A stretch of 63,417 nucleotides of DNA, counting the filler, from Octopus bimaculoides (taxonomy: Eukaryota): the NCBI RefSeq assembly GCF_001194135.2. It is 8 parts of 7 records of this genome, joined end to end, with 100 filler letters (N's around TTAATTAATTAA, not from the genome) between each part and the next. Parts side by side here need not be neighbours in the genome. Positions count along the whole stretch, not along the records: positions 15,771 to 26,970 come from NC_068983.1; positions 27,071 to 39,696 come from NC_068983.1; 6 more parts are not named here. One strand, 5' to 3'. The notes under the pieces are model-generated. The model searched no databases and had not been told where the DNA came from. It saw only the letters and a program-made list of their open reading frames with translations. Positions 25,580 to 38,271 of this stretch are shown piece after piece (position 1 is the first letter of the stretch; every line of letters begins with the position of its first letter). A program made the translations under genes and the position numbers.

Positions 25580-26375
25580 TTAATGGTAAATTTTGGGAAG
25601 CAACCACCAAATATTTTAATAGGGAACTGGATAAAGAAAGGTTATGAGATTTGGATGTTTCTTTTCTTTCTTTCTTTCTTTTTTTTTAACACAGATATAC
25701 AAAAAACAAAGCAAGGTTCTTCTGTATTCTTATCATTACCTTCTTGCATACCAGTATGTGTCTGCAACCTAGTATTCACTAATATTAGTTTTAAACTTAT
25801 AACTTTCATTATGAAAACTGCAGAGCTTACACTTGAACCTCTTAGCATTTGAATTGGCCATATCTGGTTCAAATATTCAAGCCATTTTATGTTCAAACTG
25901 GCTAGATCCTGCCTATAACACCTATTCTACAATGTCATTCTAAATATAAACAATCATATCATTGAAATCTCAAAACTATGAGATAATGCATAATAAATTC
26001 AAAACAGTCTGCAGAAATAAGCATTACATTAGACAGAGTATTCAGAATGCTAAAAGATTAAAGAATTCCTTACCAAAGATCTTCAGGCACCAGTATTAGT
26101 AACTTATTTGTTCATTAAGTATTTCTTTACCAAAAACTATCAAAATACAGAATTGTTATATTGGAAAGTGCTTGAAGTTCTTTTTATGCTAACGTTCTTA
26201 ACATTTTGGAGTAAAATGAAAAACTGACCCATGCTACTTGTAGTAATGTAATATATGAAACTATGAAGAATACAATCAAGACAGTATTTGGAGATATTTC
26301 ACTAAGTAAGGATATAATACAAGTTGTAAAATTTGAACGAGTGAGCATAGACTTTAAATACTACTGGTTTTGTAG

Positions 26376-26431
26376 ATAAAAGAGGAGGTAAATGATTTTA
26401 CAGAGGCAACTATCAATCTTATTGTGATAAG
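26376..26431 (+). CDS. Candidate internal exon (IKEEVNDFTEATINLIVI)
   Basis: Acceptor GGTTTTGTAG, donor AAG/GTAAAC, phase 0 to 2, compatible with 25225-25297. Confidence 0.3.
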
Positions 26432-26526
26432 GTAAACCACCCACCAGACAGTGAAGGCAAAATCATGAAATGCTTTAAGTGAAAGACCACAAAAAATATT
26501 GACAGAGATTGTCAATATTCTTAGAT

Positions 26527-26700
26527 GCAGGCATGGTTGTGGTTTTAGGTTCAGTCTCACTGTGTGACACTTTTGGCAAGTGTCTTCTACTATAGCTCTG
26601 AGAAAACCAAAGCCTTGTGAATGGATTTGGCAGATGGAAATTGAAAGAAACCTGTCATCTATATATATAAAAATGAGAATGTGTGTGTGTGTCTGTCTGT
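26527..26700 (+). mobile_element. Family-C SINE, 5' part
   Basis: TTTGGCAAGTGTCTTCTACTATAGC...AAAGCCTTGTGAATGGATTTGG...GGAAATTGAAAGAA. Confidence 0.75.
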
Positions 26701-26970
26701 CTGTTTGTCTGTCTGTGGGTGTGAATCCCTAAAACTCGAGAACTACGCAACCAATTTCATTCAAATTTTACAGATGCTTTACTTAGGGTTCCAGTTGTGT
26801 TTTAGTCAAAAATTTTTTTAAACTTCTTGCAGAGTTCGAGCCCACGGCAACATAATATCTCCTCCACTATTTAAGTATTACGTGTCAAAAGTGAAACAAA
26901 AACACTCATGTCAAATACTTTCACTTTAAAAATGAAACTATTCCACTAACTGAAACAATCACATTTCGAT
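26690..26970. mobile_element. Probable Helitron/DINE-like non-autonomous element
   Basis: (GTCT)n followed by AAAACTCGAGAACTACGCAACCAATTTCATTCAAATTT, recalled as a DINE/Helentron-type layout; truncated by gap. Confidence 0.45.
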
Positions 26971-27080
26971 NNNNNNNNNNNNNNNNNNNNNNNNNNNNNN
27001 NNNNNNNNNNNNNNTTAATTAATTAANNNNNNNNNNNNNNNNNNNNNNNNNNNNNNNNNNNNNNNNNNNNATATATATAT

Positions 27081-27250
27081 GGGAGAATATACGAAAAAAC
27101 AACAACAGACGAGGACAGGTGGTGTAAATAACAAAAGGATGTATTAGTATGACGCTCGGGAATACGGAAAGTCTTTGACGTTTCGAGCTACGCTCTTCAA
27201 CAGAAAGAATACGGAGACAAGGAGAAAAACACGGAGAAAAAAAAATTGAA
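27081..27250 (-). mobile_element. Second copy of the 13704 hammerhead-bearing short element
   Basis: Reverse complement of 13704-13853 with a few substitutions; (TA)n on both sides. Confidence 0.75.
27172..27208 (-). ncRNA. Minimal type-I hammerhead-like motif with non-canonical core
   Basis: TCTTT-CTGTTGA-A-GAGC GTA GCTC-GAAAC-GTC-AAAGA: 5-bp stem I, 4-bp stem II, ACGU palindromic stem III, GUC triplet. Confidence 0.6.
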
Positions 27251-27622
27251 TAGTGTCCAGTCAACGGTCAATCATATATATATATATGTATATATAATAT
27301 AATATAATATAATATAATATAATATAATATAATTAAGATCAGTTGAATTAGGTTCTTGAAGCACTTTGCTAGTTCGGTATAGTCCGCACACCTCAACAAT
27401 ATTATCTGAATATTGAATATCAAAACTCCGTGTAGGGGTATTTCCACCTAATATTCCTGTCGTATGTGCAGACAACTCAACCCAACTAAGTGAAGATATC
27501 CACTCTTGGTAATTCAGACATGTTCCTTTTATATAAAGATACTTTCTATAGTATTTCCGATTTGCAAATTCCAAGTCAGGTGAACAGAATATAAATAAGG
27601 AACAAAGATGTACAGGTTTCAA

Positions 27623-27709
27623 TTTATTACGGCCGTTTCAAGCGACTCCATTTAATTAATTAATGAGAACATTGCATCAATTTGAAAGAAATCGCTCTCT
27701 TCAGAAGAC
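27623..27709 (-). ncRNA. Hammerhead-like motif related to the 62168 copy; stem I degenerate
   Basis: CTGAAGA-GAGCGAT...GTCGCTT-GAAAC-GGCC-GTA. Confidence 0.55.
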
Positions 27710-28815
27710 CGCAGAGGCATCAAACACAAAGGATAAACCATTTTTACAAACAAATTTACATCAATAATGGAAACCAAAGTATTTACATTGTTTCCTATTA
27801 TATCTATGGCAGAATGAGTTTAGAAAATAATGCATACCTTGTTAAGCCAACCATGATTTAGAGAGTAGCAGAGGAAGTGGTGGTGGGGTCAAGATAAAAG
27901 AAGCGGTGACGAAGATACTTATACTTAGAAGACTTTATGTAACATGTGGCCTTCAACCATTTAGAATTAAATCCCTAGGGAGTTGTCAACTGTATTCTAG
28001 TTGATGGTGATAAATCAATTAAAGTCAGACAATCTACTAGACTTTCAATGTACTGGAACCATATATCCAGCCATATCTACATAAAAAAGTTAAGTCGCAG
28101 AGTTGCTGGTAAGAGAATGACTGATGGGGAAGGGGTGGTCACTGGAAGAAAGAAGGATAGGGGTGGTCAATACTTATTTAGATTGTCAAATAAAGGGGAA
28201 TATAATGAAAAACCAAAGTAATATAAGCTTTAGGGGCTAAATTAGAATTGGAGGATGCTGGAGGTAGTAATTTATAACTTAGCAAATTTATTATATTAAA
28301 TTGAGAAAGTTTAAATCAATATATAGAATAAGAATAGACATTAAACTTAAAACTTAATTTGATACTATATATAAAAAGAACTAATAAGACTTTTCTCAAG
28401 AAAATTGTTAAAAAGGTCATGGAAAAACATTGACGCCCATCCAACTGGTTAATGAACACAAGGTAAAAATTTTGAAGGAGCCGGTGGGTAATGTTATTCA
28501 GTTGCACGTCAATTCTGAGTGAACACATTTAAGACAAAAGGTGTTCAAACCATGATCATTCCGTCTTATTTGTCTATGTTTATACTACCCAACGTATCCT
28601 TTTTGCAAGGAGTTATGTTGAATGTGATTTAAGAGAGATTTAGCAGCTATTCGATCATGCTGTGGATAGTGTGAGACTTATGAATCTCCGATATCTCTCT
28701 TGGTTGTACACTGTAAGAGCAACGCAGTCCTCCGCGCACCCAGGCAGAGACTGACCCCATTATAATTTGCAGTTTATGCATTTCTTCCTTTCTTTTTCTT
28801 TTCCTTTTCTTTTTT

Positions 28816-28855
<40 letters not shown>

Positions 28856-29501
28856 TCATTCTTTCTTTCTTTCCACAGTATCAAGATTCAGTCTTCTCCT
28901 ATCCAGCGAGAAGTAATAAAATGTAAATATACTGCAAGGTACATAGCATTTCACTATTTAAGGCAGATGTTCAGATGCTCCTCTATTTACCTCACGCCGA
29001 CGCGGTATTTACCCATTCATCTTCTTACTATTTACCCTAGACCTCCATAATATTTACCATACACCTGTCTACAAAATAGATATATACTTTTTGGAAAACT
29101 TTTACGTTTTCCCTTATAGTTATTTTCTTATATCTTACGGAACAGGTTTGCATATCTTTCAACTAGGCAGTGATATAATTCTAGAATGGTCTTCAAAAGC
29201 TAGGTTTAGCGTATACACGTGATTTGACACTGCTCCTGGCGGTACGTATGTGTGTGCATATTCACACAAACACAAGGACACACACATATTTATATTTACA
29301 TACACACATATATAAAATTGGTACGTGTGTATGTATGTATGTGGCTGTGATATATATATACACACAATTCTATAATTAATGTATCTATATGTATATATAA
29401 ACATGCATACATATGTATATTATATGTATGCATAACCACACACACACATACACACACACAAACGTATTGTTGATTCAACGTAATACATGCGTTTGGACAA
29501 C

Positions 29502-29544
<43 letters not shown>

Positions 29545-29733
29545 ATACAGTTCTACATACATATATATGTATACATATTTACAAATGCATACGTATATGT
29601 TTGCAGGATTCCCCGTATACACAAACACTTAGACACACACAAAATAGACTTGAATATTATAAGCACTCTCGTTGTTTCCATATGTAAACGCAAAACATAT
29701 GCAGACACTCGCGCATACATATACAAACATATC

Positions 29734-29803
<70 letters not shown>

Positions 29804-30401
29804 CCTTTCTACTAAAAGCACAAGGTCTGAAATTTTGGGGGAGGGGACAAGTCGATTACATCAACCCCAGTACGCAACTGGTACTTCATTTATTGACCCC
29901 GAAAGCACGGAAAGCAAAGTCGACCTCGGCAGAATTTAAACTCAGAACGTCAGTATATACGGAAGGCCGTTAAACATTTCGCCCGGCGGGCTAACGATTC
30001 TGCCAGGTCGCCGCCCTATTTGTCTCTTAGAAACAGCAAGGATTATCATGAGGGATCTAAGCCCTTGAAAGGCAGCTGAAAACTTGTGGATACTCAAAGT
30101 TAGAGGTAGTAACCCGCTATCCAAATATATCCTAAAAAGAATAAGACCAAATTTGAGCCTCACTAAAATAATAACAATAATAGTAGTGCTTTCAAATTTT
30201 GCCACAACAGCAGCAATTTTAGGGGAAGGGACAAGTCGATTACATCGAGCCCAGTGTTCAACTGGTACTTATTTTATCGACCCCAAAAGGATGTAAGGCA
30301 AAGTCGGCCTCGGCGGAATTTGAACTCAGAACGTAGCGACAGGCAAAACCCCGCTAAGCATTTCGCCCAACGTGCTAATTATTCTGCCAGCGCACCGCTT
30401 T

Positions 30402-30489
<88 letters not shown>

Positions 30490-30699
30490 TCTACTAAAGG
30501 AACAAGGCCTGAAATTTTGGGGGAGGGGACTAGTCGATTACATCGACCCAGTACACACCTGGTACTTAATTTATCGACTCCGAAAGAAAAAATGGGTAAA
30601 GTCGACCTCAGTGGAATTTGAACACAGATCGTAACGGCAGCCAAAATACTGCGAAGCATTTCGACCGGAGTGCTAACGATCCTGCTAGTTCGCCGCTTT
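29804..30699 (-). mobile_element. Three same-orientation family-B SINEs (29804-30016, 30188-30401, 30487-30699) with (AAT)n tails
   Basis: Each carries the CTGGTACTT..TTTAT(C/T)GAC..CGAAAG...AAAGTCG(A/G)CCTC block. Confidence 0.9.
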
Positions 30700-30928
30700 A
30701 TTAGCAATAGTAATGCTACAATAATAATAATGATAATAATGATAATAATAATAATCGAGTGGTTTTGGTATAAACTAGCTAAAAAAGGAATTGACAAATC
30801 TAGTGAAAAAAATTTAGGCCCAAATCAATGAAACATCATTATCAGAAACATTCCAGGCTACCAACGGTAGCAACAACAATAGCAACAAATACACCTTCTG
30901 TGTTTTTATATATGTATACGGGAGGGTA

Positions 30929-30987
<59 letters not shown>

Positions 30988-31153
30988 TATCGATGGAGAC
31001 TTCTCGAAACATTTACATAATTTATCAGGTGCGGCTCAAGTATAACGTGTTGCGAAGGTGTCAACTGCAAATTAAAGTATATTGCGTGCACGGAGCTACA
31101 TTGCTTGCACAACACACCCACTGTCTTTGTATGTTGTTATACACACACACACA

Positions 31154-31204
<51 letters not shown>

Positions 31205-31663
31205 GTATGTATATATATTTATAAGCACACATATATATATAGATACACACACATATAGATATATATGTGTGTAGTTGTATGTGTATACACATAGATATAT
31301 ATACGCACATATACTGATGTATATGTATTTTTGCATGTATGTATATAAGTACATACATATATATNNNNNNNNNNNNNNNNNNNNNNNNNNNNNNNNNNNN
31401 NNNNNNNNNNNNNNNNNNNNNNNNNNNNNNNNNNNNNNNNNNNNNNNNNNNNNNNNNNNNNNNNNNNNNNNNNNNNNNNNNNNNNNNNNNNNNNNNNNNN
31501 NNNNNNNNNNNNNNNNNNNNNNNNNNNNNNNNNNNNNNNNNNNNNNNNNNNNNNNNNNNNNNNNNNNNNNNNNNNNNNNNNNNNNNNNNNNNNNNNNNNN
31601 NNNNNNNNNNNNNNNNNNNNNNNNNNNNNNNNNNNNNNNNNNNNNNNNNNNNNNNNNNNNNNN

Positions 31664-31742
<79 letters not shown>

Positions 31743-32999
31743 AGTTTATGTATGTGTTTGTGCGTGCGCGAGTATCTGTGTATCTGCGAATGAGTATATA
31801 AATTGTGCTTACAAGTATGTATTTGATGTATTTGTTATCCGTATAAATCTGTGCACGTTTTTTTTTTTAATGTCACGCAATTTCTATTCCTTTCCTATAA
31901 TTAAACTGTGACCTTACGCCTATATAACAACATGTCGTCAAGGCGAACCAACAGAGAAGCCTGTTAGTGGTCGCCTGACTTGCTGGTTATAGCAGCGAAA
32001 TTATCCCCAAATCACATATCCTACCATCGTATATATCCAACCCTGATTCCCAATAAGAGGTATTAGTTACGTTCATGAGTTGTGTACAATTTCCCTCCAT
32101 TGAATTCCACTCCCAAGGTATTGAGCAATGTAATATCTGATATACGAAACTGATAGTAGATGGTCACGGTTGGAATACCTTTGATTATGGGTCTATTCAA
32201 CCGGCGTTGGCTTGAATAAGAACTAGATATCTTAATTATGTCTATGTTCTTCGTTCAAAACATGATAGTGTTTGTTCGTCTTTTCGTTATCGATAAGCTG
32301 TACAGCAGTCACGCAGGGACACGGACAACGCCATATGTTGTCTATCCATCTGGCTCCTTCCTCACACCACTGATATTTATCCATGGGAAATATCACCGAC
32401 ACAGGCCGATACAACATAACACGAGTGTCCTCGGAGGTGATGGCGTCAAAATACAAAGCATTGGAACACATGCTGCAAGGCATCTCGCCCAACACTAGCA
32501 GTTCCAACAAACCAACGCTCTAGATTAGTACTTTTTTTTATCGACCCCGAAAGAAGAAAAGAAAACTTTGATCTTGGAAAGATATGAACTTAAAGAGCAT
32601 AGTTAAAACAACTACCGCGAGACATTCTACTCGACGTTCTAACAATTCTGCCAATTCGCTGCTTTTCCTGTTGTTTTAATCAACTGCGTTGTCAATATTG
32701 ACATCTTGAATGGTATTGTTTTTGTTGTTGTTCAACTACAAGTTAACCTTAATGGAGCAGACCTACTTCACAGCCATGACCATACCATCTTGTTTTGTAT
32801 CCAAAACGAATCCTTCTCTTGTTATAACAGTACAATGTGACACGAAGATTTGTCCGCTATTTCAGTCACGTGATCAGAGAAAGGTCCCTTTTAATGGCAG
32901 GCATTCTGTTATGCATACAGTAACACGGTCGTTCGACAATCGTATACATGTATTAACATGAAGATTATGCATGTAGATATGAAAACAATATTTTAAAAT

Positions 33000-33180
33000 G
33001 TAGGCGTGGCTGTGTGGTTGAGGTTTGTTTCTTAACCACATAGTTCCAGGTTCAGTCCCACTGCGTGGCACCTTAGACAAGCATATTCTCACTATAGCCC
33101 CGAGTCGACCAAAACCTTTTAGAATATATTTGGTAGAATGAAACTGAAAGAAACCCGTCATATATATATATATATATATG
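33000..33180 (+). mobile_element. Family-C SINE, 5' part
   Basis: GTAGGCGTGGCTGTGTGG...GGTTCAGTCCCACTGCGTGGCACCTTAGACAAG. Confidence 0.8.
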
Positions 33181-33327
33181 TATGATAGATGAAATAGAAA
33201 AGGTTCAAATCAGGCAGACTAATTTGAACCTTTTCTATTGCATCTATTATACTTGTCTAGCGCCTCGAGTTCGACTTGAGCACTTCTACGCTATGTTTTT
33301 CGAAAGAAAATTATAATCATATACATA

Positions 33328-33671
33328 TTGTTGGCACTCCGTCGCTTACGACGTCGAGGGTTTCAGTTGATCCGATCAATGGAACAGCCTGCTCGTGAAA
33401 TTAACGTGCAAGTGACTGAGCACTCCACAGACACGTGTACCCTTAACGTAGTTCTCGGGGATATTCAACGTGACACAGTGTGACAAGGCTGGCCCTTTGA
33501 AATACAGGTACAACAGAAACGGGAAGTAAGAGAAAGTTGTGGTGAAAGAGTACAGCAGGGTTCGCCGGAGCTTCGTGGAGCTTTAGGTGTTTTCGCTCAA
33601 TAAACTCTCACAACGCCCGGTCTGGGAATCGAAACCGCGATCCTATGACCGCGAGTCCGCTGCGCTAACCA
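33328..33671 (-). mobile_element. Family-A SINE, 5' tip lost at a (CA)n run and gap
   Basis: Highly similar to 2299-2681. Confidence 0.9.
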
Positions 33672-34006
33672 CACACACACACACACACNNNNNNNNNNNN
33701 NNNNNNNNNNNNNNNNNNNNNNNNNNNNNNNNNNNNNNNNNNNNNNNNNNNNNNNNNNNNNNNNNNNNNNNNNNNNNNNNNNNNNNNNNNNNNNNNNNNN
33801 NNNNNNNNNNNNNNNNNNNNNNNNNNNNNNNNNNNNNNNNNNNNNNNNNNNNNNNNNNNNNNNNNNNNNNNNNNNNNNNNNNNNNNNNNNNNNNNNNNNN
33901 NNNNNNNNNNNNNNNNNNNNNNNNNNNNNNNNNNNNNNNNNNNNNNNNNNNNNNNNNNNNNNNNNNNNNNNNNNNNNNNNNNNNNNNNNNNNNNNNNNNN
34001 NNNNNN

Positions 34007-34057
34007 CTAACCCTAACCCTAACCTTAGGGTTAGGGTTAGGGTTAGGGTTAGGGTTA
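34007..34057. repeat. Interstitial telomeric repeats in inverted arrangement (CCCTAA)n-CC-(TTAGGG)5
   Basis: Read directly; left arm runs into the N gap. Confidence 0.9.
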
Positions 34058-34682
34058 AAGCAAATTTAAAATGAAAAAAGCAAATAAAACGAAGGTACGG
34101 AGATTAAATACGCTTTACACCGGTTAATCAGCCAAAGGAGTAAATGTAAACAACTGAATACTTGTTAGTGATTGGTTGAAATTATCGAAATAAGACAATT
34201 TTTTACATGAAATAAATTCGAATACAAAAATACTTTTCTGTTCTATAACACAAAATAGATAAGTATACGAAGTTTGAAAGTCTTTCCGTACCAAAAACAC
34301 TACGTAAAACATTAATGAAAAATGTGGCCCCCGTTTTAAAATAGATCCTATATATATATATGCGCGCGCGCGCGCGTACCTTTTGTATATATTATGTATG
34401 TATATATATATATTACATGGTAATACAAAGAAAAAACACTAGTGTAATAATAATTGGGTGTAATAAGGGATAATATCTATGCAATATACTGCCGGAAGAA
34501 TACCCAATTATTATTACACTAGTGCAATAAATGGGTGCGGATAAAAAGATATTCTACCATTAATTTATATAGCAATTAGAAAATGGAGGGGAATANNNNN
34601 NNNNNNNNNNNNNNNNNNNNNNNNNNNNNNNNNNNNNNNNNNNNNNNNNNNNNNNNNNNNNNNNNNNNNNNNNNNNNNNNNN

Positions 34683-34722
<40 letters not shown>

Positions 34723-35584
34723 GATAACTACATATATTCGCAAAATATTTCATTATCTAAATTGATTCTAAATTAAAAACCTTTTAATGTTAACTTCGGT
34801 AATTAGACCGCTCTTTATAATTGCTTTTCTAGCAAAATAGTCCTTAACAGAATTTTTTATATTTTCCGCTTTTCCATTTTTTCTAATATTAGCTTCTTTA
34901 CTTCATCAGTTTTGTATACAAGAAGTATGTTTCTGTTATGGCATCTTTACTACTTACCGGAAACGTCTCTCTGTGTCCGGAGAAGATGTATTTAATATAT
35001 TCATACATTTACCTTAATATGTATGACACGATTTTAATTTCTTGAGTTTTTTCCTTTTCGTTTATACGTATAAAAGTAATATAAACACAGAAAGTATCCC
35101 TAAACTGAAACGATATATAGAGGTATGGCTACTGTTTCACATACTTAGCTATTAATTCCTATAAAATTATTTCATATGTATTAACTTATATTGAACACTT
35201 TCTATATGTGTCAAAAAATGCACATGTTTCATCGACGAAATATTATGTCATTTACCCACTGTAGCTACGATATTGTTTTGCTATGATTTTAGCAATGATA
35301 TACAATTTTGAGTATATACATGTCTTGTATGAAATGACGTCAGGAACGTTCTTGGACTTGAATATCCAAATGTTTGACATTTTGGGAGAGGCAAAAGTCT
35401 GTTCCCACATCTATACTCTGTACTGTTGAAGAAAATCTGAGATTTTAGATCCATAATCTAGTTTTGATTATATTTCTTCTATTCAACTATCAAGCAATTT
35501 AAAATAATATTATCTTATAAATTATACTTATATTGAGCACTTTGTTACATGTATTATTAAATTATATATTATATATTTTTAATA

Positions 35585-35627
<43 letters not shown>

Positions 35628-36817
35628 TATTTGCATGTATGAGGAACAGCTTTTCTTTTAGACATTTAGTCTCAATGAAAATGACATAGAACTCCCTTTT
35701 TTTAAAGAATTTCAGTATTTGTTTTATTAATTCTTTATAAATCACTTCAGAGCAACGCATGTTCGAATTACTTCAACAGCTCAATGATTCACAGCAGTTG
35801 TTAACGCCATTTTATTGCAAGTGAGAATCATGGGAACGCTCTTTAGTTTGTTTCTCATTCGTTAGGGTATTTAATTATTTTTTTTGTCATTTTGTTGAAG
35901 GAAACCTGACGTCATCGTTCCAAATATATCGGATGAGAAAGAGTCGCAACAGATTTCTCATGATCGTCACTTACAATAAAACGCAATAAGCACAGCCAGA
36001 AGATAAAGCTGGGAAATCCTAAATCATTGATGGAAGTGGTATATATATTGTTCCGAATAAACCTAATTAAGAAACATGCAATATAAAAAGGACTAATAAA
36101 AAAATAAACACAAAAATTCCTTACTAAAAAATTTGGTCGTGTTTCCGATAGTACATATCTGGAAATGAAAACTAATACCATGTATGTGGATTTATAACAC
36201 CCAATAAAACCAAAGGATATGACATGGGATGTTAATGTTTCTCACTTAATAGTCCGAAATAAAGAATAGGGACTGTACATATTTTGGTAATGAATCGCCT
36301 GCAGTGGATACGAATTCATAGTCCTTGAGCAACTGGCTCAATAACTTATCCATTCAGTTAATTCAATACGCCAATCACTGTAGAGACAAATATAATGTAA
36401 GCTGAATCTGCATTCTTATTTCCGTATAGTTTTGAGGTTATTTCACTTCATTTTTGCGGTAAATCGTCTGCGAATATATGGATATCGCAGCCTTCATTTG
36501 TATCATGTGGGTTTTGTGCCTATTCAAAATAAAACTGTAAACGGAATTTTAAAAGCAGTTTTTAAGATAGCAGATAGTAAGACAAGTCGTTACAACTTAA
36601 TACTTAGTATTGGAACGATTATGATTTTATAACGAAAACCCATAAAAAAAAAAGCACCGAAAAAAGACGTATTTTTCTGTCGGCCAGGTCTGATACCAAA
36701 CTGTAGCTATATCATTTACTCTGTTAGTGCTCTTAGGAAAAACATGAATGTCACATTCGCAGTTTCTCCTCCCTCAGATCATCACCCTTTTAGAATTTTC
36801 TTCCTGCCTACTACTAG

Positions 36818-36876
<59 letters not shown>

Positions 36877-38271
36877 TATACACATATGTATACAAACATG
36901 CATATGTGTGTTTTGTGTGTATGTGTATGTATGTGTGTGTGCACGCTCACGCACGCGCGTGTAATGTTTTCTAATACTGGTATATGATCAACAAATTTAT
37001 TAGGGAATGGGTCGATTCACAATATATTGTTAGCATCGATTACAAATGAATGAAAGGCAAAGTCCACCCCGGCAGGATTTCAAATTTAGAACCTAAAGGG
37101 ACGCAATGTGAAGTACAACGCCTTCCTCCGATTTGTTATCTATATTCTAAAATAAATAGCAACAAAAATAAGAAAAGTTATTCTTTCTTCATTGGCCATA
37201 TGAATAATAACTAGTCTCACAAAATGGATTATAATACATATGAAGATATAAAATATGAAGAGGACAAAAATGTGATAAATTGAATCATGCTAATTTCATT
37301 CACATCCATAAAAGTCATAAAACAAACCACCCACTCAAGAGTGCTGGCTAGTGTTAGCATTAGTGTCTCTTATCCTGTTTTTCACTGTGGTTTTCGAGTT
37401 CATCAGAGCAGAAAACTCTAAGTTTTTCCCTCACATAAATGTATTAACTGAGATTTCTCATCTGAACCACCAGTTTCATGGTCTTTCCTTTTGCAACCTT
37501 GAGGGAACAGTACCTGAATGGTTCTGTGACTTTCAGGTGTTCTAAGTACTTTTAGACTCATTGAGACTCTACTCGAACACATATCACACTAAGCTATTTC
37601 GATACGGTTCATAATGAATCACAAAGGGGTGACAAACCAAACATCAATATCCATTGTAAATATTTTAAGTATTCTTGTTCTCTTCGTATCTCGTTAAGTA
37701 TTTCAGTACTAGTGTGTGGAGTGGTGCGTAACATATCAACTCGGTGTGTCCCTTTTCCCCGTTTTCGCTTTTAAAAGCAGGACCATATTTCTGGTCTTCT
37801 TCCCTTGACATGTGAATGAAATATCCTCACATCTTAGATAGTGTTATTTCTAATTATTTTCTTTCTGCTTCTTGCTATACAAAACTAGGTGATCTGTCTT
37901 TCTTTCTCTTACTTGTTTAAGAGACGTGTTTGTTTCCGTAACAAAATCTGAAGTTTTTTCTCTTGAAACTGAAACAATGAGCTTGTATCGCGAATCTGAA
38001 GTTCAGAATGGCGATCTTCAGGAGAAATATGTAGAATAAAGCAACATATATATTTTTAATAATAAATTTGTCTTTACTCTCAACACTCATAAGTAAATAT
38101 TCCGTTGGTATACTTGAACTTGCTTTAAACTAATAACCTCTGAGGAGGGTATTGGATTTAACCAAACCCCGGAGGATACAGGTAATACCGAGTAAGTGCT
38201 GTATACCGATTAGTTTGCCCCAATCGTTGTATGAACAGGATTGGGTATTATAAGTCGTGTATTAGCGTGTG

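Noticed and set aside
36744-36987. Signal-peptide-like poly-Leu ORF
   Set aside because: The hydrophobic run is the (CTA)n/(CTG)n microsatellite.
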